A stretch of DNA of 64,000 nucleotides from Octopus vulgaris. Its lineage: Eukaryota. The position numbers and the translations under genes were made by a program. Shown piece by piece: positions 1 through 12,812 of this stretch. The notes under the pieces are model-generated. The model searched no databases. It was not told the origin of the DNA and saw nothing but the letters and a program-made list of their open reading frames with translations. Each line of letters begins with the position of its first letter. Within the stretch, counting starts at the first letter, position 1. The stretch lies in contig OX597817.1 of NCBI GenBank assembly GCA_951406725.2, positions 118,854,001 through 118,918,000 on the forward strand, given 5' to 3'.

Positions 1-269
1 CAATGTATTCTGTCAATCAGTCCAGCCTATGCCAGCATGGAATACAGACATTAACTGATGATGATTATGATGATGATGACGATTTATGAATGGGTTCATG
101 TATAACAGGTTGGCATGTACTTGTTTATAAATTTTTGCTTAATGCTCATTAATGAAAGTAGGTGTATTTATTCTAGCATGATTAAAGTAAATCATTACAT
201 AACAATATAATGCTTATAAACATTATATGTATATTCTAAAACTTTTGAAGCATGAAATTACATTTATAT

Positions 270-1230
270 ATGAAAGGATGAAAGGCAAAGCCAACTTTGG
301 TGGAATTTGAACTCAGAAGATAAAGACAGATGAAATGCTATGATGAAACATTTTGTCTGGCATGCTAATGATTCTGCCAGCTCACCATCTTATGTACTGC
401 AGTACATCTTATATATATATAAAATCTTATTCTTTTGCCGTGGCCATGCTGGAGGACTGCTTTGAAGGGCTTAGTTGATTGAAATTCCATGAAATATTGT
501 GGAATTGATAGGATATATGATAATGCAGAAGAGGAAAGTACAATGAGAATGCAGTCAAGGCACAATTCATCAACCTTTTTTTCTCTTTGTATATCATGCA
601 TTTTATGAGCAATAACATTATTGGTTATAGGTTTCCAATGAGCCAATTGCTGGCTCACTCCATTTTCAATGGCAAGAATTACAAGGGAAGAATGTCTGTG
701 TAACTGGAATGGAATGAATACTATAAATATTTTGACTCTGGCCAATAAACAGGTAAATGACAGAAGAAAGAAACAATGATAAACTTAATAACAATATTTT
801 AGTATCAAAGCAAGAAAGAGAAAAAGAGACAATGAAGGTAAGATAAAGAGAGAGAGAGGTGAGAGAAAGAGAGAGTGAAATTAGTGTTCATAACAAAGAA
901 AAATGACACAATAAAATAGAATATCAGTTATTAGGTGCTAAATGTATGGAGGGAAAACTTCAATGAATATGTGCTATTGTACTCTATTGTTATAACTATA
1001 ATATCGTAAATAATAATAACAAAACCAATTCTTTCTGATTTTGGCCTGAGGCCAGCAATTTTGAAGGGAAGGAGCAAGTCAATTACATCAACCCCTGTAA
1101 TTAACTGGTACTTATTTTATTGACCATGAAAGAATGAAAGGCAAAGTCAACCATGACAGAATTTGAACTCAGAATCAGAAGCAATAGCACAAAACACTTT
1201 TCTTTATGCTCTAACGATTCTGCCAGCTCA
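270..1230 (-). mobile_element. Two older family A SINE fragments (about 270-388 and 1030-1230)
   Basis: Both carry GAAAGGCAAAG..ATTTGAACTCAGAA..GATTCTGCCAGCTCA, shared with family A. Confidence 0.7.
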
Positions 1231-1444
1231 TTGTCTGTTGCAATAATAATAATGATCTTGTTTATTTACCACAAAGGCAAAGGATGAGGGGAGACAATAT
1301 GAAGACAGACATAAAGTGTTGGGGATTACATGTAATGAAATGATTAAAAAAAAAAGAAAGAAAGTAAGTATACACAGTATACACTGAAAAAGAAGGGACA
1401 AATGCATCGCATACAAAGGTTTAAAAAAAAATGATAACAACAAA

Positions 1445-1972
1445 TGCCCTGGCAATAGCTCTCATGGCTTCTGATCTTAACTGATTGTGTTATCATGTAC
1501 ATGTTTTGTCATGGTATGAAAGATGGGCTACAGCAAATATTCTGCTCAATACCTCAGATTTGCATGTCATTTACTTGACCTTAACCCCTTGAACATGTCC
1601 CTTAGTGGCTGACAATATGTGCATCATTGATCATGAGCAGAAGTAATTGGGGAGCATCATAGCCATGTGTTGAGAAGAATTCTTTGGCGTTTGAATAATT
1701 CAACCCTGGAAACATGGGTATTTCATTTATCATCCTTAAAAACCCCTTATTCAGGGACCTTTGAAGTGGGATGGGCTACTCTACCTGAAGAAAATTCTAA
1801 AAGGGCCCCACATGCAAGGTCATGCACTGTTTATCTTGACACAAAATCACCATGTTGCACACATATGGTTGAGAGCATGTGCCTAATGTACCCTTATCAT
1901 GATGGGCATACTGGGCTTCGTATATGTACCCCAGCATCACTTTGATGGCATGTGTTGCTCTCTCACACAATA
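1445..1972. repeat. Unclassified interspersed repeat ending in an (AAT)n run
   Basis: Complex, higher-GC block with no credible ORF, ending CTCTCTCACACAATAATAGTAAT directly before the RLE element. Recalled as a common octopod repeat; only one copy in this window. Confidence 0.4.
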
Positions 1973-1989
1973 ATAGTAATAATAATTTG

Positions 1990-3222
1990 TAAGCTGCTGA
2001 CTTGCAATAAGATACACCATATGGATCATTTTTACCTTCCCAGAGCCCAAGAAGGCCAAGATTTGATCCAATTCAAACTTTCTTACAAAATGACCACAAA
2101 TGGACAGATCAGATATTTTGAAACAACTGGATGCTAAAACTCATTGCAAGTCATGAGAGGTGTAAGAAGATTCATTCTGTCTTGAAAGAGAGCAAAACAT
2201 TTGCTATTAATTTTATGAATGATACCCAAGTTGGACAGCCTGAGGGACATGTGGCCACTGCTGTTGGAAAGAGAATGAAATTAATGGCAAAGAATAAAGT
2301 GCATGGACAATTGGCTGGTATGAGGGAGCAGAAAGCTCTGCATGGCAAATATGTGGCCTGTATCAAACAAGTTCGTGTTGACCAAAAGCATGCCCATTAG
2401 TGGCTATGAAATTCAAGGCTAGAGGCAGAGAATTGCCTTTAGCCTTGAGTGAAGGCTGATCAAAATCAAAGCTTACTGACTACCAAGTCAATGTGATGAA
2501 AAATGGAGTAGATCCTACGTACCAGTTCTTCAATGATGAGATTGAAATAGTGAACTACTTAATCTCTGGATGTAAAGTTTTATCACCAGCAGAGTATAAA
2601 TCAAGATATGACAGAGTTGGCCAAAATCTACACTGGTTAATATGCTGGCATTATGAATTCAAAACTGTTAAAAAAGGAGTATAAGCATCACCCCGAGGCT
2701 GTAACCAAGAGAGAAAATGTATTGATTCTTTGGGACTTCCCAGTAAATAGAGACAGAGGCATGAAAGCTAATAAACTGGATGTTGTTGTAAAAGACCAAA
2801 ATAATAAAGTCAGTTTATTGATCAATTTAAGTATCCCTTGTGATCATAATATTTCGGCAAAAGAATTTGACAAGCTCAGAAAATATATATAGATATATAA
2901 ATCAGAAAAAAATTAGCATCTTAAAGACTGTTACAATACCAGTGATTGTAGGAGCACTACAAATGATCAAACAAGAAACTAAAAATTATTTGAGAATAAT
3001 TCCTGGCATAACATCCTACAAGGAGTGCAAAAGATTGTTTTAACTTGTACATGACATTCTTGTTGTCAGAGCGATTGCTATTAGTGTTGATAACATTTTT
3101 CTAACTTTGTTCGATTGCATAAATGAACAACCTTGGTGTGTTCCTTTTAATGGTCTGTTTCTTTGTCTAAGGTGTCAGGAAGATACTCGGCAAGAAATGG
3201 AACAGAATTGAAAGAAGGAAAA
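1990..3222 (+). mobile_element. 5'-truncated, decayed non-LTR retrotransposon with restriction-like endonuclease (R4/Dong-like)
   Basis: Frameshifted peptides: KLLTCNKIHH..FYLPRAQEGQDLIQ (post-RT thumb); DPTYQFFNDEIEIVNYLISGCKVL (degenerate CCHC knuckle); YKSRYDRVGQNLHW (RHD-type motif); ILWDFPVNRDRGMKANKLDVVVKD..LLINLSIP..KEFDKLRKY (PD-D/ExK RLE); VTIPVIVGAL. Ends in (ACT)n/(AAT)n. Confidence 0.85.
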
Positions 3223-3241
3223 CTACTACTACTACTACAAC

Positions 3242-3269
<28 letters not shown>

Positions 3270-3272
<3 letters not shown>

Positions 3273-3481
3273 CCTTTCTACAATAGGTACAAAACCTTAA
3301 ATTTTTGAGGAGGGGACTAGTTGATCACATCGACTCCAATGTTTCATTTTACTTAATTTAACAATCTTGAAGGAATGAAAGTCAAAGTCAACCTTGGCAG
3401 AGGTTGAACTCAGAATGTAAAAACGGATGAAATGCCGCTAAGCGTTTTGCCTGTGATAACAATTCTGCCAGCTTGCCACGC

Positions 3482-3532
<51 letters not shown>

Positions 3533-4035
3533 TTTCTTTAATAATAATAATACTAATGATAATGATGATTTCTTTAATAATAATAATAATGTGTTTCTAT
3601 TTTAGGCACAAGGCCATCAATTTAGGGGAGAAGCTTAGTCAATATCATTCACTCTACTGCTAGACTGGTAATTTATTTTACTGACAGATCAAAAGAATAA
3701 AAAGCAAAGTTCTCCTCAGTGGGATTTGAACTCAAAATATAAAGAGTCAGATGAAATGTTGCTAAGCAATCTGTCTAACATTCTAATGATTCTGCCAGCT
3801 TACTACCTTAATGATGATGATGATGATGATGATTTCTAACATAGGCACCAAACTATAGAATTTTTGTTAGAGAGGAAAGATGAAGAAACCAAACCCAGTA
3901 GATGACAGGTACATATTTTATTGATGATTGAAAAGCAAAATTAACCTTGGCTTGGTTTAAACTCAGAAGGTGAAAGGAGGAACCTAAATACTACAAGACA
4001 TTTTATAGGGTGCTCAACTAAATTTGCCAATCTAC
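3270..4035 (-). mobile_element. Head-to-tail cluster of three older family A SINEs separated by (AAT)n/(GAT)n
   Basis: Three successive ..GAACTCAGAA..TCTGCCA units at about 3270-3482, 3595-3810 and 3832-4035. Confidence 0.7.
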
Positions 4036-4647
4036 TGTCAATAACATATGAAACAAAATTAATAACGAAAGATAAATAATTCTGTGTATGCGTGTGTGTA
4101 TATAGATAACATATGTACAATAGGTGACTATACATGCCATACATATGCTATTGTTAGAGGCACAGATCTGCGCATGTACACACAGACATATACATGCATA
4201 AACATACACACACACACCACAGCTACAATAGAGTAAACTTTGCTATAGTTACTATTGAACTTCATTGATTTTATTTTGATTTGCTTTTCAAGGAGAACTA
4301 CTTAAGCAGTAATTGTTCCTGAAATCAAATTTCTTAGGCTTTGCTTTCTACCTAATCATAGTCGTCATCATCAACGTCGTTGTCGTTATCATCATCATTG
4401 TCGTCATCATCGTCATCTATATCACAATAGCAACAAGAATTTGAAAATAACACTTACACAACACTGTCAGAAACAGCTGTAGCACTATCATTACTACTGT
4501 CACTAACAAACACTTTAACCGAATATTTTGATTTCTACTACTAAGATCGTAACTGCTACCGATACAACACCAATATCACTAACTATTGTAGGCACTGATA
4601 CACTAACACTACCATTGCTGTCATTGCTACAACAGTAACACAAGCAT

Positions 4648-4965
4648 CACTACTACAACCTTAACACTACCTTCAATGACACTCATACAACATTAGCACT
4701 ACTACAACCATAACACTACCTTCAATGACACTCATACAACATTAACACTACTATCAGTGTCACTACTACAACCTTAACACTACCTTCAATGGCACTCATA
4801 CAACATTAGCACTACTATCAGTGTCACTACTACAACCTCAACACTACCTTCAATGACACTCATACAACATTAGCACTACTATCAGTGTCACCACTACAAC
4901 CTTAACACTACCTTCAATGACACTCATACAACATTAGCACTACTATCAGTGTCACTGCTACAACA
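4648..4965. repeat. 64-bp minisatellite (one 49-bp unit plus four 64-bp units)
   Basis: Unit CACTACTACAACCTTAACACTACCTTCAATGACACTCATACAACATTAGCACTACTATCAGTGT starts at 4697, 4761, 4825 and 4889; shorter unit at 4648. Confidence 0.92.
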
Positions 4966-5189
4966 ATAACACCAGCATTACTGTCACCCATACGATACTA
5001 CACTCACACTGATATAAAACTAACACAACAATTACTACCATTGAAACAACATCAACACTACAGCAAAAACCCTTTACCTAAAAACCTTACATGTTCTTGG
5101 GTAGTAATGTCAATCCATTGCCTAATTTAACATAGTCACCAAGCCTAGATAGACAGTGCTACTCAATAAGAGCTGATCTGTTGAATATC

Positions 5190-5424
5190 TATTTCTTCAT
5201 TGCCCACAAGGGGCTAAACATAGAGGGGAGGGACAAACAAGGACAGACAAAGGGATTAAGTCGATTACATCGACCCCAGTGCGAAACTGGTACTTTATTT
5301 ATCGAACCCCGAAAGAATGAAAGGCAAAGTCGACTTCGGCGGAATTTGAACTCAGAACGTAACGGCAGACGAAATACTGCTAAGCAATTTTGCCCGGCGC
5401 GCTAACGTTTCTGCCAGCTCGCCA
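5190..5424 (-). mobile_element. tRNA-derived SINE, family A (young copy)
   Basis: Minus strand GGCGAGCTGGCAGAAACGTTAGC (A box) ... CTGAGTTCAAATTCC (B box) ... GCCTTTCATTCTTTCGGG.. and tail AAGAAATA. CpGs retained; many copies in the window. Confidence 0.85.
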
Positions 5425-5794
5425 TCATCATTATCATTATAATACATTATTTGGCTTGGAAATAAATGGAAGTTGCGTTCTACGGAAACAGAAACCCACT
5501 CTGTTTGTGTATGTATTTATTATATGACATGTGGAATTGTGGTAGGCATTCCATGAGATGACACGTCTGGATAATAACAATGCTGCTGTGGCCAGTAGTG
5601 GCACCGGTAAGTGTGTCTTTTGCTGGTGGATGAAAGCATTTTACACCACAGTCCTTTAAACCATGGGGGTACTTGAAGAGAAATAAAAACATCAAACTGC
5701 AAAAGAGCCAGTATGGCTACAGAAAACGAGATATCTAACACAAAACGAGTGTATATAATACTACTGCTGCTGCTGATGATGATGATGATGATGT

Positions 5795-6069
5795 GGAGGA
5801 GGAGGAAGAAGAAGAAGAAGAAGAAGAAGAAGAAGAAGAAGGAAAAGGAGAAGAAGAAGGAGAAGAAGAAGAAGGAAAAGGAGAAGAAGGAAAAGGAGAA
5901 GAAGGAGAAGAAAAAGAAGGAGAAGAAGAAGGAGAAGAAGAAGAAGGAAAAGGAGAAGAAGAAGGAGAAGAAGAAGAAGGAGAAGAAGAAGGAGAAGAAG
6001 AAGAAGTAGAAGAAGAAGGAGAAGAAGAAGAAGAAGGAAAAGAAGAAGGAAAAGGAGAAGAAGAAGGAA

Positions 6070-6100
<31 letters not shown>

Positions 6101-6108
6101 AGAAGAAG
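5795..6108. repeat. Polypurine (GAA/GGA/AAA) compound trinucleotide repeat
   Basis: About 314 bp of nearly pure purines on the plus strand with a single T interruption. Confidence 0.95.
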
Positions 6109-6703
6109 ATTTGTAATGATCATCACCACCATAATTTTTATTGTTGCCTGCTGTGGATGTTTTTTTTGTTTCATAGAGTTCCACTTAGATGAGTTGGAGG
6201 AGGGGATTGCTTGATGGAAAAGTTTCTCTTTTTTTTTTTTTTTAAACATTAAAGGGATTTGGAAAACTTAAATGTCATTATCTACAGTGGAAAGAAGATT
6301 CACCCTAAGACATTTTATTGTGCAAATATGTTTTTTTTAAACCTGTCTATTCTACTTTGTTTATGAGTGGTTCAATTCAAACATCTCTATGGTAGCAAGA
6401 GGAGAGGTGAACCACAATGGTGGTAGCAGTGAATACATCTACTAAGTTTTTTGTAGCTAGAGTGAGACAGTTCCAAAAATTAAATGAAAATAGATAAATA
6501 AATATAATTGTAATTAAAGAAATATACACTATGCACAAACAGTTATAATTTCAGAAACACAAATTTATTTGACAAGTAACAAAAGCATAAAGAACAGTAA
6601 TTGTTTTTTACCAAGCACTGTAATTCAAAAATAGTTACTAGACATGGGTTAGTTCCTTGTGAAAGAAAAAGTGGGGAAGAGGTATGTCAGAAAAGTGAGT
6701 ACC

Positions 6704-6922
6704 TATTTCTTTACTACCCACAGAGAGGACAAACAAGGACAGACAAATGGATTAAGTTGATCATATCGACCCCAGTGTGTAACTGGTACTTATTTAATCG
6801 ACCCCGAAAGGATGAAAGGCAAAGTCGACCTCGGCGGAATTTAAACTCAGAACGTGGCAGCAGACGAAATACCACAAAGCATTTCGCCCGGCGTGCTAAC
6901 GTTTCTGCCAGCTCACCACCTT
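6704..6922 (-). mobile_element. tRNA-derived SINE, family A, with 15-bp TSD
   Basis: Homologous to 5190-5424; flanking duplication AGAAAAG(T/A)GAGTACC at 6689-6703 and 6923-6937. Confidence 0.88.
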
Positions 6923-9887
6923 AGAAAAGAGAGTACCATTTTGGCTAAAATATTTATAAAGGAATTGCAAGAATGAGAGCAACATACCACTATTTTTCAA
7001 AAAGGGGAGAAATCACCATATTCCCTTGAATTAGAAGTTGGGGTGATACTTGGCTAATGTATGATCTTTTGACAGGACAGAGCATAAGGATACGTATGCC
7101 AATTACTTGAGACTGAAGTGAGCTAAGCAGGTAGACAGGCAAACAAGTGTCTTGTACCATGCACTTGATTACAGAATGGTGCCAAAATATATGGGCAGGA
7201 GTAAACACAATAGTGAAACACTGAGTTTTGTACCTTTGTAGAACATTAACAGACAGGTTGGAAGAGTGGCAGTGACCCAAAACATGTGGTCAGCTAAATA
7301 CTGTACAGATATTTATAGGTCCTAGTGAATCCAAAGACAACCAAGCTGTTCTGCAGTTATACCCCTTAATGGTGTACATAGAAAGAAATTCAATCAGACT
7401 GATGGGGCAGATCAGGAAGTACATTACTGTATGTGGAGGAGCCCAAGCCACATCAAGACTTATTACTCAAATAACAAAGAACAAAATTATAAGAAGGGTG
7501 GTGGTAAACAACAAGAGATAACTATTTCTGCTTCTTCTGCTGCTACCACAATACCACCAGTCAAAATGTTCACAGGATTGTCAGAGCAGAAACAGAAACA
7601 ATTGCCTCATCTATACTGAGTGGGTGGGGAGCTGATAAGGTAAGAAAATGAGAAGTGAGGTGCTAGTCAGAGTTAGCTAGATACTCAAAGCAGCATTTTA
7701 CTGTTAATGCCTTATGGTTTTGAGGAGTTGATGGCGATTAGAAAAAGGTGGGAAACCACTGGAGGTGACAGACAAAAAAAAAACACATAAAAACTAAAAT
7801 TAGCCAAATAATTAATTGCAAGAAAGGAGTTGGACAATATATTAGTACAAGCATCAAATTTGTATGGTATAGCCAAGGTAAACTTAAGAATCAATTCCTT
7901 TGTTATGTTTGGTATTTATTTTATCAATTTCAAAAGGAGACAAAAAAAAAAAACCCCAACATTAGCAAGATTTGAACTCAGAATAAAATGCATTTAGTAA
8001 TGTGTTTAGTCCAATTGACTACTGTAACTGCCACTCAAAGAACAATGTTTTACCTCCTACAGGCAATTAATAGTGTTTGCATAGATTTTTAATATTTACC
8101 TATACATTTTATATCTAATTTGTATTTTCCATGTTTTTTCTTTAAATATCTTGCCTCCACTATCTGTCACCTTATATCTTGAAAGATATTGTATTACCAA
8201 ACAATAAAGGAAGAGAAAGATATGTGGTACCATTAGACATGGTTGGAGTAACAAAACACTTAGATGGAATTGCCGTCACATAACACCAACAAAAATTGAT
8301 GTCATCTAGAAGGACATAAGATACAGACATTCAGTCAGAAATGATCCATTTAAAGATGTCAGAAATCTGACTCCTAAATTGGATGCTTATTTGTCATTTT
8401 CACTGAAGATTTTTGCTATTTATTTATTACTTTTTTAAATATATAACAATGTCTCAGTATATATTTTTTCTCCATATTCTAACATAGACTGTATAATTTT
8501 GAAATTCAGTTATGATAAATCAAGCTGTTTTTTAGAATAGGTAGCTTACAGCAAAATGATTTCCCTTGTACAAACTACTTAACTATTAGTCTACAGTTCT
8601 ACTCAACCAAGGAAGGTTTTAGTCAAGCTAGTGTTACCAAATTTAATGCAGTATCAACAAAAAAAAATCTATTTAAGAAATAGCTAAATGAATAATATTA
8701 TTTTCATCGCTTTAGGAAAGAGAAAAAGCATTTCTGGACAAGTTTCAGTTTTATTAAACTGCCTCAGCAAGGCTTTGATTTTACTGTACTTGCTAGAGAA
8801 GTGATACAAAAATCATTTGGTAGATGTATAATACAGTACAAGCATAAAGAAAAAAAAATTGTATATTTAAAATTGTTAATCACTTTGCGATGCCATTAAT
8901 ATTAAAAACAATAGTTAAGTTAATGCTTAATGTAATGATTGCTTTCTTATACAAGATACTCAAGTGTGAAACTGATATTGTACAGAACCATATAAAGCCT
9001 TGTTTAGTGTAAAATTCTCTACAAATGACAGATAATTGAACTTGAAACTTCACACTTCAATGGTCTAAACATTCGCCTAATGTTCTAAGCTCTCAACTAA
9101 TACACAAAGTATTTATCATCATCATGAACATCATTTTGGAATGACCATGTGATACTAAGACAAGGGAACAAAATATTCAGACACTCACACATTCACATGT
9201 GATATGTTTCTTTCAGTTTCCATCTACCAGATTCACTCACAAGGCTTTGATAAGCCTGGGGCTATAGTAGAAGTCACTTGCTCAGGGTGCCACTCAGTGG
9301 AACTGAACCTGAAGCTGGAAATTGAACTTCTTAACCACAGAGCCATTCCTGTACCTACAATATTAATTCATCAACCATAATTCTTTTAAGATTAAGTTAA
9401 ATTCTTTTGGAAATAACTATTTCATTAGAAGTGTAGAACCAGAATGGCTATATGGATGTGATATTAGATTGACAGCTTATAAGTCTTGAGTTCCATTCTA
9501 GAGCAGAAATTTCATTGGATATCTGATATATTCATCTGGATGTCTCAAGGGGAAATCACATATCTCAGAAAAAATATCTAAGATTGACTGGTTTACTATC
9601 TCAGATTTATTTTTAAAAGAGCTAACACTAAGATATTGAAACCTAAAAGGTAACTGGCTTTTAAATCTTAGGAGATATTCACACTACCTTTTAAAAAGAA
9701 GATTTCTGCAGGTCAAATCTATAGATAACAGGAGTTACTTTGAAAATTTCTTAGAAACTTTCAGTAGATGGCAGAATTGGTTAAAGTGATCTTCATGCCC
9801 TGAGTTAAAATGCCATTAATGTTGACTCTGTTTTTCATCTTCCAGTGGTCAATAAAAAGAATATTAGGTAAATTACCCTCAATTGAA

Positions 9888-10114
9888 TTAACTCATTGTG
9901 TACCATATTTCTATTGAAAGATACAGCATTTGTTTCAATTGATTTTGAAAATATTGAAGAAATATCAAAATAAATATATCATTATGCTGAATTTTGGAAC
10001 ATGAAATAACATGGAATTTTGAAGAAAAAATTTAATCTAGTTCTCTTCAAAACAAGGATTTTGTATCAGAGAAGTAGGGTTAGCTTCAGGGGAAGTTGGT
10101 ATCTAAAGGGTTAA
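9888..10114. mobile_element. Decayed piggyBac-type MITE (P1-related, opposite orientation)
   Basis: TTAACTCATTGTGTACCATATTT ... GTTGGTATCTAAAGGGTTAA; the body resembles the reverse complement of 43652-43872. Confidence 0.6.
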
Positions 10115-10354
10115 CTGACTACATCCTTATCCTAGAATATATGGCTTCATGCTGATGTTAAAAAATCATTATTTTAAAAACTATCAAAGGAATTCTTGAC
10201 ATTAAAATCAAATTATTTGCTCTTCATTTCTTGGCAAATAAAGAACAATACACACTAGACAAAATGTCAAATTAACTGTTTGAATTAGTAAAAAGAATTG
10301 ATGTGATTAAATTTTAAGACCTATAAGTTAAATACATTATTATTTGAATGACCT

Positions 10355-10712
10355 TAGTGGTGTAATAAGAAGCTTGTTTCCCAACCACATGGTTCCAGGT
10401 TCAGTCCCAACATGTTGCACTCTTCTACTATAAATTTAAGTTGACCAAAGCCCTGTGAGTGGATTTGGTAGATGGAAACTGAAAAAAGCCCATAATATAT
10501 ATGTGTGTGTGTGTGTGTGTGTTTTCATCAGTGCTTGACAACAGGTGTTGGTGTGTTTACATCTCAGTAACTTAAGAGTTCATCAAAAGATATAAATAGA
10601 ATAAGTATGAGGCTAAAAACAGCAAAGTATTGGGCTTGGTTCATTCAACTAAAAATTCTTCAAGGTAGTGCCCCAGCATGGCCGCTGACTATTGACTGAA
10701 ACAAGTAACAGA
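10355..10712 (+). mobile_element. Family B SINE
   Basis: Homologous to 12387-12812. Confidence 0.75.
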
Positions 10713-12386
10713 CAATATGTTTCATAGATTTAGAAGAGTCTTAAGGTAGTGTAATTTTTAAGTTCTACTTAGAATGAGGCAGCTTGTTAAATTGTTTATA
10801 AACATAACATAGAATTGTGTGCATTGAAAAAATAAAATGTTATTCAGGAATAGTTTGCTTTGTTTATGACATGTATTTTAGTTAAAATTGAATTATCTTT
10901 GCAATAAAGTATTTACCAGAACAAAATCATATTATTTTGAAAAGCCATTCACAAGTTTACTGCTTTGGAAAACGATATAATTTTTAACACTATAATGTTA
11001 ATAAGATAATGTTAAATAAATATATATATATGTACAAATGCACACATACACACACACACAAATACATACATATACTCATAGACACATTAGATTTACAATT
11101 ATATAACTCTTTGTAATTTTTTATTTACTTTTCCTTCCCTCAATTTTCAACAAATTAGCAAATGCCAATTAAAAGTAATTTAATAAAAATGTAAACTTAC
11201 GTTTTTAGAAACACACTATTTAATTTTTTAAAGACCTTTTAATACAGAACTAAGATTTTTCTCAAATGTTCTGCCATGTATTCTTACATCATAAGAAGTG
11301 AAAAATAAATGATACAATTAAGAAAAGGTTTTTGAAAAAGAGCCTGTCAAGAAATGTTTCAATTGAATGAAAATTTCTTTTACCTCAAATAATATTATAT
11401 ATACACATATATATATATAAATTTCTTTATCGCTGTCACAGCTAAAAGTCAAAAAAATCTTGCTGATATTTTCAGCAGAAAATAAGAAAATATAACAAAG
11501 CAAAGATAGAATTTTTGCAACTGAGTTTAAACAATAAATTTTTGCAGAGTTGTTTGGAAGTCTTTCAGGTAAACATAATCTTCTTTTTTTTTTTAAGGGA
11601 GATTATCTAGAACTAATATTTGAGACAACGTAAAGCTAAATTTGGCAACTTGAACTCAATGGCACAAACTAAGGGACCATGAAAATCAAACAATCGCCAG
11701 TGGTACTAGAATCTATAATCCATTGGATCATAAAGTCACTGCTAAAATGGCAAGGCAGCTAAATGCAAAATATATAATTTTGTTCTGGTAAATATTTTAT
11801 TGCAAAGATAATTCAATTTTTACTAAAATACATGTCATAAAACACAAAAATATCACACTTTTAACCAAGACACAAGAACGATGTATTTTTAATTGTCACT
11901 TTATTCTCAAGTATTATTGACAGGCATGCATATAATTCTCATTCTAAGCCATTTTTCATGTGTACCCATGTGAATCAGTCTCATGCAGACTGTTAATGAC
12001 AGTACACTAATTAATTAAATGCAATTTTATTACTGAAGCATTAACGCAACAATAGATCAGCAGTACAAGACTTTTTAAGCCGTGTTAATGATAAATGTAA
12101 AAATATGTTATATTTTCTTTTTAAAGTCAACGATAAAATTTAAGCAGTGCTTATAATCTTTATAATAGGTTCTTCCATATATATGTCCTTAAAGATTGTT
12201 GTTTTTCTCCAAACAAACCAATTACAGCTCAGAAGACAGTGTTACATTCTTTTATTTAAATGAGTTAGTCAAAGAAAGGACAGTATTATGATGCTTTTGA
12301 AAGTTTCCAAGATTGGTGGGTGGAACCAAGCAAGTCACCTTGGCTTGAATACTTGTAAACAGAATAGACACAGGAGTAGCTGTGAT

Positions 12387-12549
12387 AGGCACAAGAGTGG
12401 CTGTGTGGTAAGTAGCTTGCTTACCAACCACATGGTTCTGGGTTCAGTCCCACTAAGTGGCACCTTGGGCAAGTGTCTTCTACTATAGCCTCGTTCCGAC
12501 CAAAGCCTTGTGAGTGGATTTGGTAGACGAAAACTGAAAGAAGCCCGTC

Positions 12550-12593
<44 letters not shown>

Positions 12594-12812
12594 ATGTGTT
12601 TGTGTGTCTGTGTTTGTCCCCCCCAACATCGCTTGACAACCGATGTTGGTATGCTTACATCCCCATAACTTAGCAGTTTGGCAAAAGAGACTGATAGAAT
12701 AAGTACTAGGCTTACAAAGAATAAGTCTTGGGGTCGATTTGCTCAACTAAAGGCAGTGCTCCAGCATGACCACAGTCAAATGACTGAAGCAAGTAAAAGA
12801 GTAAAAGAGTAA
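12387..12812 (+). mobile_element. tRNA-derived SINE, family B (CORE-like segment, internal (TA)n(TG)n)
   Basis: GTGGCTGTGTGGTAAG (A box), GGTTCAGTCCC (B box), ACCTTGGGCAAGTGTCTT (CORE-like), internal microsatellite, tail (GTAAAAGA)n. Confidence 0.85.

Noticed and set aside
5713-6249. Long poly-K, poly-E, poly-S and poly-L ORFs
   Set aside because: They are translations of the GAA/GGA tract in several frames, with no splice or domain evidence.
6990-7460. Possible decayed LINE 3' region on the minus strand
   Set aside because: Only faint resemblance to LINE ORF2 C-termini, too degraded to support a call.
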